A stretch of DNA of 64,000 nt from a virus: IMG/VR virus record IMGVR_UViG_3300044695_004134, positions 1 through 64,000 of that record; one strand, 5' to 3'. Below, in pieces: positions 59,890 to 64,000 of the stretch (positions are counted from its first letter, which is position 1; the number at the start of each line of letters is the position of its first letter). The notes beneath the pieces were generated by a model. That model was given only the letters and a program-made list of their open reading frames with translations. It searched no databases and was not told the DNA's origin. A program made the position numbers and the translations under genes.

Positions 59890-60107
59890 ATGAACAACTT
59901 ATTCACTTTCTTAATCATATTTGCGGCTTGTGCTTCATCAGAAATTTTAGATTTCAGCGGTGTAGTAAGGAGTGTTGCCGCAATCTCTACTTCAAATCCG
60001 GTCTCCTGGCAATGAAGAAGTACCGCATCCATATAGCCAATTCTCTTAACCTTTACGATTTCTTCGATGATGGCCGAGAAATTACGTTGCTCCTCTTTCG
60101 TTGGCAT
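59886..60107 (-). CDS. gp33: Late transcription co-activator
   Basis: YMDAVLLHC...LKSKISDEA; upstream of gp59. Confidence 0.85.
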   Translation of the reverse strand: MPTKEEQRNFSAIIEEIVKVKRIGYMDAVLLHCQETGFEVEIAATLLTTPLKSKISDEAQAANMIKKVNKLFI

Positions 60108-60322
60108 TATTTTTTACCCATCGAATATGCAATGCAAACCGCATTTGTGTTTGTTTCATACGCACACTTCACCGAGATCGGATCAATTCCTTTTTGAATA
60201 GCCGATTCAATGTTCTTTGCCATGTTGTTTCGATCATTGATATTGTAAATTGTAAAAGCGGCAATAGAAGAACATATCGCTACTGTGATACAAATGATTA
60301 CTGTGATAACTTCTTTATTCAT
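60107..60322 (-). CDS. Small membrane-anchored hypothetical protein
   Basis: Start MNKEV after AAAGGAG; one N-terminal hydrophobic helix and two distal Cys. Confidence 0.65.
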   Translation of the reverse strand: MNKEVITVIICITVAICSSIAAFTIYNINDRNNMAKNIESAIQKGIDPISVKCAYETNTNAVCIAYSMGKK

Positions 60323-60323
60323 C

Positions 60324-60878
60324 TTAGATGACTCCTTTGTTTCTGTCAATTTTGTCTTTGTTGCTTCTGTAAAAGATGTGTCTTCCAATTTGCTCTATCC
60401 TTTTTAAATTCCATTGAGGATTCACGTAGTCTGCATGGTAATATGTTGCACCATTTGTAACGTCTTCATAACGCTCAAAATTCACAACCATATTGACAGC
60501 TAACTGTTGAATCTCATTATACAATGAAGTGCTTCTAATTGTCAAGCGATTATTGGTATGTTTTCTTTCACAATACCAAGAGAACTGACAAACACTACCG
60601 GTTTTTTGATAAACTACTCCGCAAATGTCATCAGCATAGTTGCCAGACATGACTCTATTGAAGGTGACAAAAGCAACAGCTTTCTTACCTTTGAGAGGTT
60701 CATTTGCGGCTTCAAAATAGATATTATCAGCTAGGCAAGTTATTTGTTTCTGTGTCTCCTTATCTAAGGAATGGAAACTTGCCTTGAATGGTAAATTATA
60801 TAAATTTATATTTACCATCGACAGTGATATAATGACTGCGGAAAATATCATGCTTAAAAGTATTGGTTTACTTTTCAT
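60324..60878 (-). CDS. Cell wall hydrolase, SleB/Hydrolase_2 family
   Basis: CLADNIYFEA, ICGVVYQ, QFSW, GATYYHADYVNPQW, IGRHIFY; N-terminal hydrophobic anchor. Confidence 0.9.
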   Translation of the reverse strand: MKSKPILLSMIFSAVIISLSMVNINLYNLPFKASFHSLDKETQKQITCLADNIYFEAANEPLKGKKAVAFVTFNRVMSGNYADDICGVVYQKTGSVCQFSWYCERKHTNNRLTIRSTSLYNEIQQLAVNMVVNFERYEDVTNGATYYHADYVNPQWNLKRIEQIGRHIFYRSNKDKIDRNKGVI

Positions 60879-60889
60879 GTTTTTTCCTT

Positions 60890-60897
60890 TATAAATA
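60890..60897 (+). promoter_or_regulatory. T4-type late promoter TATAAATA
   Basis: Exact match upstream of the endonuclease gene. Confidence 0.7.
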
Positions 60898-60954
60898 GGT
60901 GTGGATCACGAGATTGCAGTCTCTATCCACTCTAACATGAAAGACCATGCCAGC

Positions 60955-61419
60955 ATGAAAATTAACACATCTTTTTATGTTTACGCATATCTCCGAGACA
61001 ACGGAACTCCATATTACATAGGTAAAGGTTCTGGAAAAAGGATATACAGTAAACACAACATAAAATTACCAAAAGACGTATCTAAAATAATATTCGTAGA
61101 GAAGAATTTGACAGAAATTGGAGCTTTTGCCATCGAACGTAGTTTAATACGTTGGTATGGAAGAAAGGATAACAATACTGGCATATTAAGAAATCTAACG
61201 AACGGCGGAGAAGGTGGTTCAGGTGCAATACGAACTTCGGAACACCGAAAACTTATTAGTAATGCTATGCTTGGAAATTCCAGAGCAAAGGGTCATAAAA
61301 GACCAGGAACGAAACCTGAACTAAACAAACATAAAATTTATATGAGTTGTTTACATTGCAATAAACAATTTAACATTGGTAATTTTACCAAACATATAAA
61401 TTCACTAAAAGCCGGATGA
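60955..61419 (+). CDS. Free-standing GIY-YIG homing endonuclease
   Basis: FYVYAYLR...YYIGKG, WYGRKD...LRNLTNGGEG, C-terminal CLHC...H; paralog of 43003..43665. Start uncertain (60901, 60937 or 60955). Confidence 0.8.
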   Translation: MKINTSFYVYAYLRDNGTPYYIGKGSGKRIYSKHNIKLPKDVSKIIFVEKNLTEIGAFAIERSLIRWYGRKDNNTGILRNLTNGGEGGSGAIRTSEHRKLISNAMLGNSRAKGHKRPGTKPELNKHKIYMSCLHCNKQFNIGNFTKHINSLKAG

Positions 61420-61441
61420 TTGGATAATAAGGACATCCGGC
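61407..61441 (-). terminator. 3' hairpin/terminator of the tmRNA transcript
   Basis: GCCGGATG...CATCCGGC stem followed by TTTT on the minus strand. Confidence 0.6.
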
Positions 61442-61714
61442 AAAACCTCAGCTTAGCCTCAAGCGGCTAGGCGATATTCACTGTCGTTTGCAGTTACTTT
61501 GATTTAGTTTTTACACCTACTCTGGTGAGTTGTCCACTTCTGTACTTGTTGCCCTGTCGAATAGCTGAGTACACCCCCATCAAAAGCACTTCCCGATTTA
61601 CATTCCCCCGAATACATCATTTCTGGTTCGGCTAATACGCAAATGCTTTTGGTGGAGGTGGGGGGATTTGCACCCCCGTCCAGAACACTTTTCTAGTTGC
61701 TTCATACAACCATA
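61411..61714 (-). ncRNA. ssrA: Circularly permuted (two-piece) tmRNA
   Basis: Acceptor piece ending GGGGG-TGCAAAT-CCCCC-CACCTCC-ACCA (3' end 61650) precedes the coding piece starting GGGGGTG (61578). The 7-bp acceptor stem has G3:U. Tag ANDSEYRLAA* at 61491-61459. Outer ends approximate. Confidence 0.92.
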
Positions 61715-61720
61715 GCCCCT

Positions 61721-61749
61721 ATTATAGAGGTTTTTTATTTAGGTGTCAA
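61721..61749 (-). promoter_or_regulatory. Consensus sigma70 promoter for tmRNA
   Basis: TTGACA (61749-61744), 17 nt spacer, TATAAT (61726-61721). Confidence 0.9.
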
Positions 61750-61766
61750 GCGTTTTTGTGGTAAAT

Positions 61767-62435
61767 TTACTGTGTAAGTGCTGTCATATACTGAAATTCT
61801 GTCAGTTGTATCAGATCACCTAGGCTACCTTCAGGCATCAAATTGAATGATAAACTTCGCCTTATTTTTCCAGGCTCACCTTTAGGCACAAAGTGTGGCA
61901 AGTGGGATGGAAATAAAACTAATCTACCTTTTTGAGCAGGAATTATAGCATGTTGTGCTGAAAATTCTGTGTTAATATCGACCCTTCGCTTTGGAATTAG
62001 TTGACATACAGCGTTCACACCTGGATGCTTTTCAAAAACTATAGATTGATCTTCATCATACACATCATCAAAATACAAAACACCAGAAATAAAACTGTTC
62101 GGATGTGTATGTGTTCTATGTTCTCTATCCGAAGGTTTTTGATTGATCCATGACAAAACATCAACCATTCCTTTGATATCGTAGCCCATGACTTGGTTGA
62201 CAAGCGTATTACTATTGACGAGAATCGTATTTCGAACGTTTTTCAACTCAGGCATTCTGAGCACCTGTTTATTGTCAGACAAATTCGACCACATCTCACT
62301 GTTGGATTCACCATTCAGAAATTTTTCAGTGAAGGCTGGTGTTACATGTGTGGAAATAAGTGCGGTCTGTTCTGTTGTGGTTAGACTTATATCTTGAACA
62401 AAAATTGCTGTTGGAAAAATAGGAATGACTTGCAT
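61767..62435 (-). CDS. Putative 2OG-Fe(II) oxygenase (TIGR02466-like)
   Basis: HTHPNSFISGVLY, LVLFPSHLPH, RRSLSFN. Confidence 0.82.
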   Translation of the reverse strand: MQVIPIFPTAIFVQDISLTTTEQTALISTHVTPAFTEKFLNGESNSEMWSNLSDNKQVLRMPELKNVRNTILVNSNTLVNQVMGYDIKGMVDVLSWINQKPSDREHRTHTHPNSFISGVLYFDDVYDEDQSIVFEKHPGVNAVCQLIPKRRVDINTEFSAQHAIIPAQKGRLVLFPSHLPHFVPKGEPGKIRRSLSFNLMPEGSLGDLIQLTEFQYMTALTQ

Positions 62436-63112
62436 TATATGGCGTCTCCATAATTAAAAAATGTTAATTCATTTTGAGAACCGACAGAGTATCTAGGAAC
62501 TACATTGAATGCTAACGAATATCTATTTGAGTTAGTTCTGTTCGTTTCTACCATGTGTTTCAGATAAGATGGAAATAATACCAACTCACCTTGTCTTATA
62601 TCCAATAAAATAGATTCCACAGCAAAAGTTGACTCCGATTTACTTTCTCTCGGTAAAGAAATCGTATTTTGTTTTGCCGCCACTACACCAGGATCACCAA
62701 AAATTATTGGACATTTTTCAACGTTCGCATCAAAGTAGAAAACACCGGAAATGAAGGAATTTGGATGTATGTGTGGAACGTGTTCTTCGCCTGGTGATTT
62801 GATTGATATCCAAGATAACACATCAATATATTCGGGTGCATTATAACCTAAGACCGTATTACCAACAATTTTACAATTGTCGAGTATAAACTTACGTAAA
62901 TCCGCACATTCGGGTTTACGTAACACTTTAACATCATCTGAATGTGAGCCATATAGTTTTTTTACAGGAGCAATTTGCCGAAGTGTTTTGGGGTCAGTAA
63001 AGTTTGATTTAATTGTTTGTGTTCTCAAGAAATTTTGCAGCTTAACATCATCTTTGTATTTGAAAACACAAACGGGTATAGGAAACAATGCATGTACAGT
63101 AAATTCACTCAT
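62435..63112 (-). CDS. Putative 2OG-Fe(II) oxygenase (TIGR02466-like), paralog
   Basis: HIHPNSFISGVFY, LVLFPSYLKH, RYSLAFN; start reassigned to MSEF. Confidence 0.82.
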   Translation of the reverse strand: MSEFTVHALFPIPVCVFKYKDDVKLQNFLRTQTIKSNFTDPKTLRQIAPVKKLYGSHSDDVKVLRKPECADLRKFILDNCKIVGNTVLGYNAPEYIDVLSWISIKSPGEEHVPHIHPNSFISGVFYFDANVEKCPIIFGDPGVVAAKQNTISLPRESKSESTFAVESILLDIRQGELVLFPSYLKHMVETNRTNSNRYSLAFNVVPRYSVGSQNELTFFNYGDAI

Positions 63113-63113
63113 A

Positions 63114-63692
63114 TCAAAATGCCCATGAAACAAAAGACCAACGTTCACCCTCAGTTACGGTTGTGACTTCATGTGTATACATGAAGGTTGCTGGAAAAAT
63201 TAAAATATCACCAGCCCGAACTTGTATTTTCATATTATCAAACATAATAAATTCTCCTCCGGAATAGTTGTCATTCAAAACACCCACTATGCTAAGAGTC
63301 GGTCTACCAACACCTTTTTCAAAAAGTGATGAAATAGCATCATTGTGCTTAGCCATGTTTGAACCTGGTGTGTATCGATTTATTCTTGGATGGCTCATGT
63401 GTGCATACACGCCTCCCGTTACACCAATTTTATTGTGGTATGAAATTATAGCATTGTTTATAGCATCTATCAATATTTGAGCAGTTTCATCATCAACACC
63501 CTTTACCGACAATTCAGCTTCATCTCTACTATGTTGTTTTAATTTTCCAGTTTCCACATCTGTTGTGGTCCAACTGTGTTGTGACCAGGTATCATCCAGT
63601 TTCTGATTTTCGCTGATTATTTTCTGACAAATTTCGTCATCTAAAAATCCTCGGGCCACATAAATATAGTCAGTTAAATATGGTAAGTTCAT
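63114..63692 (-). CDS. Prolyl-4-hydroxylase-like 2OG-Fe(II) oxygenase
   Basis: HND facial-triad motif, LNDNYSGGE, HEVTTVTEGERWSFVSW. Confidence 0.85.
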   Translation of the reverse strand: MNLPYLTDYIYVARGFLDDEICQKIISENQKLDDTWSQHSWTTTDVETGKLKQHSRDEAELSVKGVDDETAQILIDAINNAIISYHNKIGVTGGVYAHMSHPRINRYTPGSNMAKHNDAISSLFEKGVGRPTLSIVGVLNDNYSGGEFIMFDNMKIQVRAGDILIFPATFMYTHEVTTVTEGERWSFVSWAF

Positions 63693-63719
63693 CAATTATC
63701 TCCTCTTCAAAATAAGAAT

Positions 63720-63735
63720 TATAAATACATAAATA
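63720..63735 (+). promoter_or_regulatory. Tandem late promoters TATAAATA + CATAAATA
   Basis: Exact match plus an adjacent 7/8 match upstream of a plus-strand ORF. Confidence 0.65.
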
Positions 63736-63761
63736 TATGTATAACAACATGGAAGTGCAAA

Positions 63762-64000
63762 ATGTCATCAATACTAAAAACGGATAAAGTTTCAGTAACC
63801 AACCCTCTATCATACACAAATGCACCATCGACTCCTGCGGTTTCAGGCACGATTGATATAGAGACTCAAAGTACGATGAGTGCGATTAACAAGAATCAAT
63901 TTTTCGGCAGCAGAATTAGGACTAGAATCTCCAGTGGAATAACTAGCAATGCGGCGCCAGCCGGCGCCAATTGGGCAAGAGGTACGGCAAATGGTGTTTC
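63762..64000 (+). CDS. Partial late hypothetical protein (MSSILKTDKVSV...), runs off window
   Basis: Open frame from ATG 63762 to the window end, after the late promoters. Confidence 0.6.
   Translation, partial: MSSILKTDKVSVTNPLSYTNAPSTPAVSGTIDIETQSTMSAINKNQFFGSRIRTRISSGITSNAAPAGANWARGTANGV

Noticed and set aside
61650-61685. tRNA-like 3' end with CCA
   Set aside because: No anticodon arm; it pairs with the downstream GGGGGTG and belongs to the permuted tmRNA.
1-64000. Alternative genetic code or pseudogenes
   Set aside because: All core genes are full length in the standard code with tight packing.

Overview
This 64 kb window is the virion-morphogenesis region of an AT-rich T4-like myovirus, resembling uncultured aquatic T4-like phages. 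The long minus-strand block (49.9 kb down to 1) runs gp48, gp53, hub, split gp5, gp25, a GIY-YIG endonuclease, gp6, gp7, gp8, a VrlC/DUF4815 protein, two (Gly-Pro-Ile)n collagen fibres with S74 chaperones, an unexplained six-gene late cassette, gp13-gp20, prohead core genes and probably the start of gp21. A plus-strand block carries gp4, a glycosyltransferase-FkbM fusion, gp2, gp54, gp26/gp51 and two paralogous tape-measure-like proteins. The right end has gp32, a HAD nucleotidase, gp59, gp33, SleB, a second GIY-YIG endonuclease and three 2OG-Fe(II) oxygenases. Four things stand out that the ORF track does not show. (1) A circularly permuted two-piece tmRNA (tag ANDSEYRLAA) with a perfect sigma70 promoter. 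(2) A probable -1 frameshift fusing gp26 to gp51. (3) A translationally coupled cassette of two beta-propellers, a U32 Fe-S enzyme-methyltransferase fusion and a permease. (4) Ala-Asn enrichment in outer virion proteins together with several modifying enzymes, suggesting virion decoration. All family assignments come from motif recognition and gene order; no searches were run.
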